This document shows positions 50,126 to 63,707 of a DNA stretch of 63,707 bases, piece by piece. The notes under the pieces are model-generated. The model was not told the origin of the DNA, did no database searches, and was given only the letters and a program-made list of their open reading frames with translations. Each line of letters begins with the position of its first letter. Position 1 is the stretch's first letter. Origin of the DNA: Lama glama (lineage: Eukaryota). The stretch is from assembly GCA_028534125.1 (NCBI GenBank), contig CM052828.1:38564294-38628000 (forward strand). Direction: 5' to 3'. The position numbers and the translations under genes were made by a program.

Positions 50126-52337
50126 CCTTCTTTGGCTGACAATCAGGTGAGACTCTCAGCTCCAGAAGCCTGATTCTTAGATTGCCAAGATTTCTGACAA
50201 AGTGTGGGATCTGGCAGGTGCCAGTGTCGAGAACTCAAAACTGTGTGAAATTAGAAATGAGCAGCAGGACTCAGTGTGCAGGGAAGGCAGGACCACTGGA
50301 CAGTCGCAAGGGAACACACATCTGAGTTTTAAAACCCTTCGATTTCTCACCTTCCTCACAACTGAATCCTCCTTCCCTTCCCTTCAAATACACTTTTGCA
50401 AACATAAAAGACATTTCACTCCAAATTTAAAACATTATTTTTCTATGTTTTTAATCTCCTTTCTCAATCCATTCAACTAATCACTTAGCAAATTTCAACT
50501 TTAGATGATACTAATTCACTATCCATCTTATATTTTAGTATATTAGCTAGTTAAGTCAACTTGTATTGCCTTAGATAAAGAAAACATAATCCTTATATAG
50601 ATTAGAACATTCTGAATAACAAAAAATTATATCTGCTTCATCATAATTGCACATAACAAAATTGCTAGTTGTGCAAGAAAGCTGAGTGTTTTCTTATAGA
50701 TAAAAAAAGAGAATAATAAGTGGGTAATTATATTAATTATCATTCTCTTCGTTTTGCACAATGTAAAATTTCTCAGGGGATTGTGATAAAAGAGATCTCA
50801 CTGGAAAAGAAAATTCATAATTCATCTGTCATCTCTCTGGTGAAGGACTATTCAGCCTGTCACTGTTCTTCAGCATTTTCATTAGCAAAGTTTTATTTTA
50901 CAAATAAAAATTATAGGTATGTAACCCACCCCAGCTGAGTGAAATTTAACTTATTCTTCGGCTTTGTGGGAGGTTCAGAGGATCCTTTCCGAAGTGAACA
51001 GCTATCTCCCCTCTCAAGCTGATCTCAGGTCCACCTTGGCTCACAACTGCTTTGGATCTAAAACTTCACAAGGCTTTGATGAAACATATAACAGCAAAAA
51101 ACATTGTCTTATTTACTTCCATCAGTATCTACTGAGGTGCCCTGGAATGAATTATGGAAGGAAGGGAGAGAGCATATGGAAACTGTAAACTCCTAGCTAT
51201 TTGCCCACAAACAAAATTAATCTTTAACTATAAATTTCCTCTACCATTGACTCAAACCTATCTTTGAAGAGTTTGCCCATTTCCAACAGGAAGGTCCTTG
51301 GGAAAACAGAATCATTTATATTTAACTAAATATTTACTTAATAATTTTGTCATGAAATCATGTCTTCAAGAAATACTTGCTTATTGATAGCTTTTGGTGA
51401 GAACATAGGAACAAAGAGCATGATTGAAATTCTGTGCAAAAGAAAACCACTTCAGTTTTTCCCACTTGATTATAAAGTTTTGACTGTCCCCTTTAAGTAG
51501 TTATTGTCATAGGAGGGGGTAGGTGATTATAAAAAGAATTATGTTTCTCTGGTTTTTTAATAGAAGAATTCATGAAGTGCTTTTATGAAGAACTTTTCAA
51601 AAATTTCTAGCAGTGTGTTTCACTCATATTTCCAGGACCTTTGGTTAAAACCAAAGATCCATTAGCTTTTCAGAAACATTTCTCTTATATAAACACTGCA
51701 CCACAGTGTATGTATAAGCAGGGTCCCCTGAGGGCCCACATTACTCTCAGTGACACCTGTATTACAGTGTCTCATAATTCATGAGCTAGCCCCAGTGCAT
51801 CCTGACAGTATTCCGCTCTTGACTAAACAGGATAAGGACATCCTGGTTCTATTTTCCCCACTTTGGTCCAGAATCATAATAACCTATATCTCTCACCAAT
51901 GTCCATTCCATAGAGTGCCATTCCAATTCTAAGGTAAAACACTCTTTCCCATTGATAAAATAGAGTGAGTAGGGCTATCTATTTCATGGAAGCGGGAAAG
52001 GAAAGTAAAACGTTTACCACTGAAATGATAAACATTCAGTATTTAGCAGAGAATGTTCTCTCTCCTTCCTGGAGTAATGTCTTCTAGGTTACTTTTTCAC
52101 AAATAGTTTGCCCCATGTCTGAATTTCTTCAGCAGATCAACTAATCCTGGGATCTGCCTGACTGATTCCCACTTGCCCAAGCAGAAAGCTCTCTGTAGAA
52201 TGAATAAGACACCAAACGAAAAATATCAATAAAGAAACAATTCATTGCCAGGAAAAAAAAAAAACCAAAACGGACGTTGATATACTAGAATAAACAAGCT
52301 ACCTGTCCAAGAACCATGGGATAGACTCTTACAGACT

Positions 52338-52815
52338 TTATTAGTTTTCTATGACTGCTTAACAAATGACCACGAAAGTGGTGGTTTAAAACAATAGAAA
52401 TTTATCCTCTCACATTCCAGAGGCCAGGAATCCAAAATCAGTTTCACTGGGCTGAAATTAAGGTGCTGGCAACTCCACACTCCCTCCGGAGGCTCTGGGG
52501 GGAAACCCTTTCCTTGCCTCTTCCAGCTTTTGCTGCCTGCAGCATTCTTTGACTTACGGCCCCATCACTCCAATCTCTGCCTCTTCTGTGGTCTCACAAC
52601 CTCCTCCTCTCCTGTCTGTGTTCCAATTTCCCTCTGCCTCTCTAATAAGCATTTAAGAACCAAGCATATAACCAAAACTCCCGATCTCAAAATCCGTAAC
52701 TCAATCAACGTCTGCAAAGACACTTTTTTTCACAATAATGGGTTCTAGGAATTAGGATTGGCAATACCTTCTTTTTGGCGGGGGTGGAGTGGCATATGTT
52801 TTTCAGCCTACTACA
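52338..52815 (-). mobile_element. MaLR LTR MLT1C/D-like
   Basis: tattagttttct...aacaaatgaccac...tccttgcctcttccagct...catcactccaatctctgcctc. Confidence 0.85.
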
Positions 52816-54232
52816 TAGACCAAGACTATAGTTCAAGAATTTCAACGTAGACAAAGAAACCTGAGTTGTCCATAGGCCTCACACCATGTCCTTATGTCAC
52901 GACTGTGTGTTTGGAATCATGTTCGGTGTCTCAGTCACAGTGTTTATGGATTAATGGATTATCTGCCTTTAGGCAATCTTTGACCAATTAAGAAAATGTT
53001 TCCTCTATCATTTGTCTAATAATAAGGATAATTGTAATGGGAGCAGGGAATACTCTTACCCAACACTAAAGTAGGACCAAACCTGTTCTCTGATCATCCT
53101 TTAGGGCTTTTGAGCAATGTGTTTTAGTTTAAAAGTTACCTGGAGACCAACAGTTTTTTTAAACTGTTCACAGGATACTGTCACTGACACCAATAGTTAC
53201 AAACAGGGAGGCTGAGTTTATTTGAAACAAATGTCAGGTGAGACTCTGGGAAAATATCAGGCCAGCTTCTGGGTCACTGGTGCTTAGCTTTCAGCTGCTA
53301 ATGTATGTAAATGAGCCCATCCAGGGGCCCAGCTGTTGTATGTTGAAATGTGCTGATGGAACTAAATTGGGATTCAGAGAAAGCAAATCAAATTGTGAGC
53401 AAAATGACTGAAATACACCAGCCCGCCTTTGAAGCATCATAGGCCAACCCAAGAAAAATGACTAATGGGGAATAATACACAGTCCTGACAGGAATCATAA
53501 GCTAGGAAGGAAGTTGCATGTAAAATAATAATAAAGAATATTAAATTGCCACCAGGCCCCGCTAGAGACAAATGAAAATGGAACAGATTTCTCACCGCCA
53601 GCCACTTACTCAATCCCTTTGAAAATGTCCCAGGAATCTGCAGACAGAGAATGTTTCCACTCATATTCCCTTTCTACTAAAAAGGAATTTTCTCAGATTT
53701 AGAAAAGGCGGATAAGGGATGACCTTCTGAAAAGGAGGGCGTGAGAGGCACCTGCTAGCCAGTTCATCACCCTTCCTTGGGCACTGAAGTAAGAGAAAAT
53801 GATGCACTTTCTCCAGGATACTTACAGTGTGATGGCTTCTCACTGCTTCTCTTATAATGTCATTCTCTCTCTTATGCAGAATACAAAATAATTTTTAATT
53901 GTTCGTGTATCTTATTGAACGTTATTTTTCCTCGAAGTGAATTCTTTTCATTACAAGGTACTTTGGGGACTCTCTGGAAGTTTAAACCCAAAGCTCAGTC
54001 ATAGGTCACTAGTAAGGAGGGAGACTCCTGTGGCCCACTCTGCCTCCTTGTTCTCAGATTATAAGTGAAACCTCGGCCTCACGCTCTGGGCATGCGCACC
54101 TCAGCCACAGCCTATACACATCCCTGCAAAGGATGGGTAGCAAAATATTGCAACAGAGGACAGGCAGCTTATTTCAGAGTATTGTTCTAGTTGCCCTTTT
54201 CGTTTCTCCTTGACTTTATTGACCTGTTAAGA

Positions 54233-54395
54233 CAGCAGTTCTCAGCCCTAGATGCACATTCAAAATATTTGGGAAATGCCTATAAACATACTTGAAGTTC
54301 AGAACTCACTTTGATCTGAGGTGAGGCCCCGGCATCAGTATTTTGTTAATTCCCTGAGTGAGTCTCATGTGTAGACAGGTGTGAGAACCATTGTT
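54233..54395. mobile_element. hAT-Charlie MITE (MER5B-like)
   Basis: cagcagttctcagccctagatgcacatt...ggcatcagtatttt...tgagaaccattg. Confidence 0.65.
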
Positions 54396-54798
54396 CCGCC
54401 TTGCTAGCTTCTGTTCCTTTTTACCTCCCATGTCTTCCAACTTCCACACTTACCTACCCAGACTCATCATATTTGTGCACTTTTTTTATCTTTATAGAGC
54501 CTCTTGACCTTCATTTTGCTGTCTGTTATGAAGTCTTGCTCCTCTCCAGACTTGACACACTGTCTAGCAAGACTTTCTGTTCAATTCTTTTCTGGGTGCT
54601 GGCTTCCCCAATGGAACACGCACCAAGGTTACAAAAGTACCTTAGCAAGAGTCTAGCTACCTGCTCGCCATTTCTCTCCTTCACTTAAGTCACATAACCT
54701 TTTCCTCTTCAACAACATTCAATACATTGCTCTACACTTGGACCAAATACCTTACCTTGGCCATTCCTTTGTCCGCCCAGCCATTCTCCTTTCTATCA

Positions 54799-55032
54799 CA
54801 GGGCTTCTCACCTTCAGAACTATCACATGTGAGGCCAAATCATTCTTTGTTTTGGGAGGCNNNNNNNNNNNNNNNNNNNNNNNNNNNNNNNNNNNNNNNN
54901 NNNNNNNNNNNNNNNNNNNNNNNNNNNNNNNNNNNNNNNNNNNNNNNNNNNNNNNNNNNNNNNNNNNNNNNNNNNNNNNNNNNNNNNNNNGGAGGATTGC
55001 TCCCCCATCCCAACACCGCATTGAGAACTATT
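54799..55032. mobile_element. hAT MITE MER20-like with N-run 54861-54990
   Basis: cagggcttctcaccttcagaactatcacat...attctttgtt...ttgagaactattg. Confidence 0.7.
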
Positions 55033-55921
55033 GCTTTGTCTGTATATCTAATCTCCCAAACTGCTTCAACTGAATCGGTTCCTCTCCCATCTGGTATGTA
55101 TTTCCTTCCCAGTTTCAATTTCACCCAAGTTTACAATCCATTACTCTGAAGCATCTACTTCCTCCTAAGTGGCAACCTTCAGCTTTGATTCAACTTCCCC
55201 AGTGATGCCAACTCCAAAACAGCTGAGACAGAGTCTCACAGCTGTTAGTCATCCTTAACTCTCCTGTGGCAGACGAACAACTGTGATTTCTCCATTACAT
55301 ACCTTTGTTCCATAAAGACTAGCCTTATGCTACAAGCCCTGTAAACACTAAAGTAATTTATAAAACAATCAGAGTGTTAATAGACAGAACACAGACCAGA
55401 ACTTTTCTTAATATTAGAAATGCTAAGTTGGTTCCTGACTCTAAACACACTTACCTCCCTGAAAAATTATTCATTCCTCTCTTTGACTTGTGGAATAGGA
55501 ATTATGATGTTCTTGCAAAGCCCTTTGGAATTCCAGATTGGGTGGAATTTCATTTCAGTTCAATTTGAGTAACAATTCTTAGTTATTTGAGCTAATGGAG
55601 ATGGATGAAGCACCAAAAATAGAAAATTCACATAATGCAAATTTAAGCACATATTGACACAAAATATTCTCAAATTTTTAGAAATTAAAAGGTTACTAAA
55701 AGTTATCGGATTTTATTGTGTGATTCATAATCATCCAAATGAAGAACTGCTGATAAGTTTGAGCATTACATTACTGGTATAACACAACCAGGGGAGTGAC
55801 TTTCCATAGTTCTTCATCACAATTGGAGGTGATTTTAATTCCAACATTTTTGGTAGGGTTAAGTAAAAATTTTTATTTGCTTTATAATTTTCTATATTTT
55901 TATGTTACCTTTTTTAAATCC

Positions 55922-56068
55922 ATATTATTTTATTGTGATAAAATATACATACCATAAAATTTACCATTTTAATCATTTTTAAATGCACAGTTCTTTGGCA
56001 TTAAGCACATTCACATTGTTGTGCCGCCATTACCACCAACCATCTCCGGAACTCTTTCATCTTCTCCA
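55922..56068 (-). mobile_element. L1MB 3' terminus
   Basis: ttttattgtgataaaatatacat...ggcattaagcacattcacattgttgtgc...catctccggaactctttcatc. Confidence 0.85.
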
Positions 56069-57431
56069 AAGACAAGGTTTTAATAGATACCCCCTCCCTT
56101 CTGTCTACTAATAATCTGCTAAATATCATTTTCAGTTAATTTCCAGTAGCTCTTATTGAAATAAATGTGAAGTTTACCAAAATGGTTGTTTTGAAGGACA
56201 GCATTTATACTGGTTTACTAATTTAACTTTTTTATACAAAAAGGGAATTCTTGTCCTTTCACAGTCATGCTGCCTACATTCCCACTGCTCAACGCCTGAC
56301 TGATCCCATCTTTCTCTAGCTCCCTATTAACAGCCTGGGGGAACTTAACATGTGCAAGCAGCTTCTGGGTGCCTTGAACTGGAGACACAGTACAGGACTA
56401 GGCAAGGATGTTTTTGTACCTGTGAAATTGAAAAAAGTTTTTTTTAACAAATATACTTCACTTTGCTTAAAAAGGTATTATAAACATTGATTAAAGAATA
56501 TTAACACAAAGGCATGCTCATTCAGTTTTTTTGTAAAAACCTTTAGCTTTTAGACTAAGCCATTTCTGGTTTAACCGATACAAAGTATGAACTACTGAGG
56601 AAGATAGAAGTTTCGTAAAGCTTTATTAATAAAGTTCATTTTAGCTTCCCATAGCCCTAGCTTTATTAATAAATGTTATTTTAGCTGTACATATTTCATA
56701 AAGACTATGGAAACTTCTTCAAAGTATAAAACTATCCAGCTATCACAAAACTCCAAACTTTGGAATTAAGGAAAACATTTCTACATTGTTTTTTCACTAG
56801 AACCACAGACACTCTCATTTTTTGAGAGACAAAGACTGAAGTGGAAGGCAGTGATGATCACTAACCATAATTTCCAAGATCAGTTTCCTTCACAGAATGC
56901 TAACAATAATCCCTATAGAACTCTAGCCCCAGTTTTGAAATTTCCCTGGAAGGAAATGGCATGTTACAATTAAAGGAGTTAGTTTCCCATAGTCTTTCAA
57001 TGCAGTGTTTGGCAATTTTAATTTCAGTCTTTTTTTAAGAGATGGGGACTCCCTTGTCTCTGCTCTTTCTTGGCTAGTTATTTTTTCTGGCTAATTTCCT
57101 ATAGCGAAGTGAATTTTCCTTTTAACTGGCAAGTCACCAGTAGATTTATCAATTATGTGTGGGTTCCTAAAGTAGAGTGAACAAAAACCAAAAGCCAAAG
57201 GATTCAAGCCCCAGAAGTTCCTTCCATCTGTTAGATCCAGAAACTAAAATAAAAGTAGTGATTTTCCTTACTTGTCCCCAAACTGACTCAAATCTAGAAT
57301 TAAACTACATGATGATAATAACATGAAGTTTTTTTGAGAATTGTTTTAAGACACCAGGGGAAGACAACTATGCATTAGAGGAGAATTATAACAACAGGAT
57401 AATAAAATTTCACTATTGTGGAACTTTGCCA

Positions 57432-57763
57432 TAGTCAGTGTGGGCCGCTGTAACAGAAATACCATACACTGGCTGGCTTAGACAACACACATTTGCCGCT
57501 CACAGTTCTGGAGGCTGACGAGTCCAAGATCAAGGAGCTGGCAGATTCAGTGTTTGATGAGGGGAGCTTTCTGGCGCATAGACATCTGTCTTCTCATTGT
57601 GTCTTCACACAGTGGAAGAGACAAGGGAACTCTCTGGGGTCTCTTACAAGGGCACTTACTCCATTCATGAGGGTGGAGCCCAAAGTCCCCAGCTTCAAAT
57701 ATTATCACACTGAGGATGAGGGTTTCAGCATGTGAATTTTGGGAGGCCATAAACAGTCTATAG
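57432..57763 (-). mobile_element. MaLR LTR MLT1A-like
   Basis: gctgtaacagaaataccatacactgg...ctcacagttctggaggctg...gtccaagatcaagg...gaattttgggagg...cagtctatagca. Confidence 0.88.
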
Positions 57764-60149
57764 CATTATTGTTTCTTGCTCACATTTTAAAAGAAACTGT
57801 CTCAGATCTAGTAGATGAAACTTTGACCTTCCAACTGTGTTTCCAACAAAAACTCAGGGAGAGAATTTATACTTTCAAAACACATGATTCTGAGCAGAGA
57901 AGAAAAACAACATATGTGCTATTCTAAGGTAACAGCACTATTGTACGGATCATTTACTTTTTTAAAGTCCTTGAAACTGTCGTTTTAAAAACCCACAACT
58001 CTCACCAGCTGAACATTTGAAACAGTATACTCCAGCATTTCAAGGAAGTCAAATTTCTTTCCTACAACTCTTAAGAGGCACCTCTTGAAACTTTCCAGTT
58101 AAGATTTTCAAAACTCCGTAACAAATAATAGCCCCAGAGGAAAGTCTATAATACTGCTGTCAGTGAACTTGACTTCCATCATAAAGTGAAAACGTTGCCA
58201 AGTGTTTTGGGCTGTGGAGCAGCTGCTACCTAATAACTATTCAGAAAAAAATACCCAAATCAGTTCAGGTCTCGTCATAATCTCTGTGACTTTCAAGTCA
58301 AAGAGAAGGATAGTTATTTTTATGTATTTGTTTATGAAAAATACAGTAGTAACTTTCAAAAAATACATACGGGATTATTGATTCTTGGTAGTATTACCAA
58401 AAAAAAAGTAAAGGGAAAATTTTAAATTAGTTCTTTTTCCCCCTGATCATAAAAAAATGAATTCACATAAGCATTCATTCATTTATTCAACAAACTTTTA
58501 CTGATGATCTATTATGTGCTAGGCAGTGTGGAGCCCTGAAACAAAAATAAAGAAATAAATGCTCTTTTCCCCTCCTACAAATGGGCAAATGTCCAGGATG
58601 AGTGAAGATTAAGACCATGTTGTAAAGTAGAAGCATGCAACCCAAGTCACCAAGAAATTTAGAGTCCTAGTTGTATTTCCTTCCCATTCCTCTCACTCTA
58701 ACCTGTGATTTTTCTTCAATGCTTTCCACAGAAGAAAGATAAAGGCTGCACAAGAAGATATTTCTACTGCCCTTTTCTTCTATATGCAGAAATGAGGGCT
58801 GGCTCTTACCTCAATTCTTTCTCACCCACCCAGAAAGTACTAGATTGGACAGAGACAATGAATTAGTGAGGAGTAATTTGTAAATAACTTGGGTAAATGT
58901 TGTCAGTTCCTGTAACAAAAGAGAAGCCCAAATAATTTTAGAACCTGCCATCACTGAGCTCCGTCTTTTCCAGTTTAAAAATGAGGGGTGGGGGACAGGG
59001 GGTATCGTTCTTAGCAGCTATGAAAAGAATTTTTTTTAACTGTGGGAGAAAAGGTAGTGTTCTTAAAAGTCCAAACAAGTGAAGTGTATAAGGACTAACA
59101 ATGCTAAGTTTTCTGTGATTTCTGGTCAGTCCAGAGGTAAAGGCCCTTTAACTGGTCAGTTCGCCCCCTTGCTCTCTGTTGCTGAAGGTAAGGAAAATAT
59201 ACCAGAAAGGATATGGCGGTGTCTCAAATGTACGAGGGGCTCAATTAACGACCGTTGAAAGCTGAAGGGATGAGCTATTACTTCAGAGTTCTTGACACGT
59301 TATAGCAGGTGCTCAATAAACTACCTACTAAATAATGTATTAGGTCTCTTTAAAGACTCTGTCATGTGTCTCTTGATGATGAAACTAGGCATTAATAGAA
59401 GACAGGAGTTCTTCATTCAAACACGGTGTTCCCAACATTATTGCAAACAAATTTCTTGTAAAACTGCATGACCCAAGAGGTTTGAAGGGAGAAAAGAGGT
59501 GAGCAGAACCTTACCCTACCCCTGCAGCCACGTGCTCTGCATGTGACTTAACGCACACAAACTTTACCCCATAAACAGCTGCCTAACTGGCTTCTAACTC
59601 CCTCTGACCATCAAACACACCCCTGACAGAGGGCCTCAAGTGGTCTCTGCAAAATGAAACCCTCTATTTCACATTCTGCTTAAAATTCTTCATCCCAAAG
59701 AACAAAACTCTAAATCTTTTAATATGGTATATGAGGCTGTCACTGCCTCTCCAGCTGCTTTCTGTTTGGTTGGTTGGCTTTTTTGTTCTTTTGATTGTGG
59801 GGTTTTGGGGGATGCAGAGAAGGGAGGCTTTTTTTTGCCCATGAGTCTCTGGTTCTTACTGTCTCCGAGTCTCTCCTCATTAAGTGGGCCTGTGCTTAGA
59901 AGTTTTCTCCACTTCCTCTTCCTTACCTTTCAGCTTCAGTTCTGGCATCTCGTCCTCCAGGGAGCCTATGGTGTGAGTTAGATATCCCCCTTTCTCACTC
60001 CTAGAATTACTCAGATTATCCCAGCACTGCACTTCCAAGTTACTTTGTCATTATTCACTCAGCTCCCTTACTAATTTCCAGTGAATCCTACTATTTCTAC
60101 AGCCCCAAAGAAGAAAAAGTACCTCCAGGTGCTCTCTTGGCATCACTTC

Positions 60150-60635
60150 ATACAAAAAGACTCAGATATATTTGCATATATGTAAAAAGATATTCAATAA
60201 AGCACTCTTTGAAGTAGAAACAAAGAAACCTGGAAACTTAGATGTCCATCAAAAAAAGACTACTAAAAGAAATGACAGCCCATCTAGAAAACAGCACATC
60301 ACGCAGAATATCATGTAGCCATCAGATAAGACGAAGTAAGTCATTGCTACGTGTAAAAGCATGCAGTGCAAGAGCTTTGGGGTGAGTAATCAAAGAAAGC
60401 AAGCAAGGCAAGGAACAGGTATAAATCCTTGTGAGCACAAAAAAAGAGAGAAATGAATTTATTTATGTATTCATTCATCCAGTCACTCATTCACTCATTG
60501 ATATGGAATGTCTCTGGAAAGACATACCAAGGGTTACCCCTAGAAAAAACTAGGGGTTACTGGAGGAGGGAGTTACTTTTCATGATCTATGTGCTTATAT
60601 TGCTTAAATTTTTCACCATAAACTTTTAAAAAACT
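60150..60635 (+). mobile_element. Old L1 (L1ME-like) 3' fragments
   Basis: agcactctttg...ctggaaacttagatgtccatca...tctctggaaagacatacc...ttgcttaaattttt. Confidence 0.55.
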
Positions 60636-61324
60636 AAATGGCATATGTGTGTGTGTATTTGTACACACACTTTAAAACAAAAGCCATCCAGAGGAAGTAC
60701 AGGCAAAAGCAAAGAGGAAGGGCGAAGCCTGCCTGGTTCCCCGCCCGACTCCCGGCTTCCGGTGCCACAGACCAGTGGCCACGGCCTGTGTGGCTGCCTC
60801 CCACTTCTGTGATGTCTCAACCTGGGGGGCACTAAGCTTTCTCTCAAGAGGAGGGACATCAGTGACTGAGGGTGGTTCAGGAAAGTGCCCCTACTATGCA
60901 AAATGCAGAGCCTCTCCCCACATTCTTTAGAATTTTATCTTCACCCATGGTGCTTTTAATTAAGGCCCATTCCACAGCTTCTATGTCCTTCTCCCTACAA
61001 ACTTTAAGAAGTCATCTCTACCTACATCCTCCAGGTTCAAAATAATTCACACATGTTGCCAAGGCTGTGGTCAAAGAAAATGTGAAGGACTTATTAACTT
61101 CACACGGAGGACCGAACCACCCTGACAACAGGGGTTCTTGACAATAAACTCTGGGGAAAGAGCCCGTTCACTCCAGGCCCAGCTGGCCAATTATCCAGCG
61201 AGGAATCCTTCTGATGGCATCAGCCCCGCAACAATTTAGACAGCATTCCAAGTATTCAGGGAACTCCTTGAGTGAAATTAGACCAGTGTTTGAGCCAAAC
61301 CATACCCACAGGCCACAAGGAATA

Positions 61325-63707
61325 ATTAAAGGAGTGAATGTTTTATTCCTTAGTGTTTAATAGAATACATAACAAGTCACATAATCAATGATCCATTCCT
61401 TCACACACACGGAGGAAAACAGCATCGCGTATTTCTGTTATACAACTGGTTGTGAACGGAGAGAACCGAAATCTCTGGAGCATTTAGATGGTTGAAGAAT
61501 TCTCAAGGAAAAGTTTGGGCATGTCTGAAAAGACTTCTTCTTCAGTGTCTTTTAAAATATAAAAGGATTTTTTCCCTTGGCTTTCTGTTTCATTAAAAAA
61601 GTCGGATAATTGTATAGAGTTTTTTCCCTTTCTCCTTCAATTTTGAGAAAATGGCTCAGTGATATGTATCACTTAGCCTGTAACATTTTCAACAATTTCA
61701 TAATCCCAGAACACTGTGGGAATCTTACATTATTTCACAGATAAGAGGTTTTCAGATGCCCAGAAAAATTTAAATAACATATAACTTACATCTTCAAAAT
61801 TAATACCCATAATGGATGCTTTAATTTTTGTCATTACATGTCACAAACGCTGTTTGAGTGGTCATAAATGAATTATCATTATTTGTATTCAATAGCAATA
61901 GCAAAATTCACCTGCCTATAAAGTCACAAAGACAGCTGTATAATAGTTTACATTACAATTAATGTTCACATACCTCAAAACACATTTAAAATTAAAAAAA
62001 AAAAAAACTTGGCTTGGGAAAAAAAATCACAAAATGTATATACAGTGATAAGAATTCTTGGTCAACTATTTCATCTTCCTACCCCGTGAGATTATACGCT
62101 AATGTAGATATTCTGGTTTAATTTCTTTCGTCTAAGTTTCGAGGGCCCCAGTAGAGAACATAAATCTTCAAACATTAATACTTTTAGATGTTGTCCAAAA
62201 TTGTGACAAAGACAAGTTAACTTCTACATAATGTGCTTCTGTCTCTAGGAAAGCCTATTTCAGGTGCTATCACCACTGGAAACATAAGAGTATTTTATTT
62301 ATTTCTCAAGAGACAGATTTAGGTCATCTAAGAAAACCAATTCAGTTTTTACATGAGTTATAATAAGGGAAAAAAAATCAGAAAAAAATTCCAAAGGATT
62401 TACTCTGGTTGGTTTACAATAAAAATGTTCAGTTTGCTATTTTAGAAATTTAAGGTGAGTACAGTATTTATGATTTTGACCATAAAAGACATTCTTAAGG
62501 AATTCAACCCCTCCAGTCAATACTTTTCTAAATGTCTGCACTATAATTCAGCATTTTTCATGTGGAGTACAAAAATGTTTTTGAATGTTAGATTAGAATT
62601 TACCATAATTTAAAAAGTAAAAAATTATCAAAACTTCACCTTTCATGGCTTTAATGTAATAATGACATTCCATGGAAAATTCCAATAAAACCTGGAATAT
62701 GTTATGAGCATTGCCAGTTGCCCATTTTTGTCTGAGAACTCACAGGTAAAAATGCTCTTCCCCAGAGAAGCAACAGGTCCCACGTATAAATGGATCTGGT
62801 TTGAAAGAGAAGACCATTTTGGCTAGTATTATAAATGATTACTTTGCTATCAATGCAAAAACCAAATAAAATACAAGAGTGAAAATTGCATTGAAAGGGA
62901 AAAAAATTTAGGTCTCACACCTTTAAGGAGTATCTTCCACAAAACATAATTTGAAAAATTAGAATGAGCATGTTTCATAGTCTACATGTATTACAAGATA
63001 GGCAACTTGTCAAACACTTGGTCCAAAAGCATTGAACATAGTACCTGTTTTTTTTTTAACCACTATTGTCATCAATTCTTTTTAAGAAGTTAAATTTGTT
63101 ATCAAAATCTAATGACACTCAGTTGTATTTATGAACCAAATGGTAATTAGTTATTATATATGTAAATACATGCTACACTGAGTCAAATTACTGCAGTCAT
63201 AATTTCTGACTAATTTATGACCCCCTCCCGGGTTACTGAATGTCTTTGGAGGGCTCACTCAAATGGACCCTCAATATCTCATCTAAGCTCACAGGTGACA
63301 ACCAACACTCCAGCCCACTTTGTAGACCACTAAGGATTCTTCTGTGGCCCAAGGCACATGGAGAAGGGACTCAAAAGTGCCCAGGCCAAGCCATCTTAAG
63401 TCAGTTATACCATCCACCCAATGTAAGCATGTGTTTCCTACCCAGCCTTTACTTTGGGTTGAAAGTAGAATGTTTTCATGTGTCAACTTCCAACTTTAGA
63501 GGGGGTAGTCACCATAGAAAAAGAGGTTGGTTTTCTGTCTCTAACCATTCAATTCCCAGTCTTTCAGATAATGGAAGGGGTAGGGGAGCTCTGCAGGGCA
63601 GCAAGGATGTGTGGAGGAGTGAGTGTGTGCGCACAAAGCAGTAGAATAGTTCAACTCAAAGTTTTACAAGATAAAATTTCTAAGATTTGAGTGGCAGAGA
63701 CAAAACT
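61325..63707 (-). other. Distal 3' UTR of an unidentified minus-strand gene entering from the right edge
   Basis: 2.4 kb AT-rich sequence with no recognisable TE and no credible ORF, ending at tandem poly(A) signals with a GT-rich downstream element. Confidence 0.6.
61342..61361 (-). terminator. Poly(A) signals ATTAAA (61356-61361) and AATAAA (61342-61347)
   Basis: Minus strand reads ...tgtattctATTAAAcactaaggAATAAAacattcactcctttaattattccttgtggcctgtgggtatggtttgg (upstream TGTA, downstream GT-rich element). Confidence 0.65.

Noticed and set aside
60533-60560. Hairpin acccctag-aaaaaa-ctaggggt
   Set aside because: 8-bp stem inside an old L1 fragment; expected by chance; not a terminator in a mammalian context.
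61325-63707. Assigning a gene symbol to the 3' UTR
   Set aside because: No coding sequence in the window and I do not reliably recognise the UTR.

Overview
Mammalian, almost certainly camelid (a vic-1-type tRNA-derived SINE at 47.0 kb), repeat-rich non-coding DNA with no CpG island, no CRISPR array and no prokaryotic features. None of the long ORFs in the track is credible as a gene. Much of the window is interspersed repeats: L1 3' ends (several with clear target-site duplications), L2, MIR, MaLR/ERVL LTRs and hAT MITEs, plus five N-runs. Well-supported non-TE features are a 3'-truncated U4 snRNA retro-pseudogene (25938-26006, minus strand) and the distal 3' UTR and poly(A) site of an unidentified minus-strand gene that enters from the right edge (about 61325-63707). 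The most interesting candidate is a dispersed, phase-compatible set of plus-strand exon-like segments (12613-12733, 21660-21733, 32862-32936, 34492-34610, and a terminal exon 41344-41446 followed by AATAAA at 41593). Together they look like an unrecognised, partly decayed protein-coding gene with an internal FDQE-x2-3-F-xx-KY repeat. I could not assign it to a family, and it rests on splice signals and reading frames read by eye. Repeat family names and boundaries are also by-eye and approximate.
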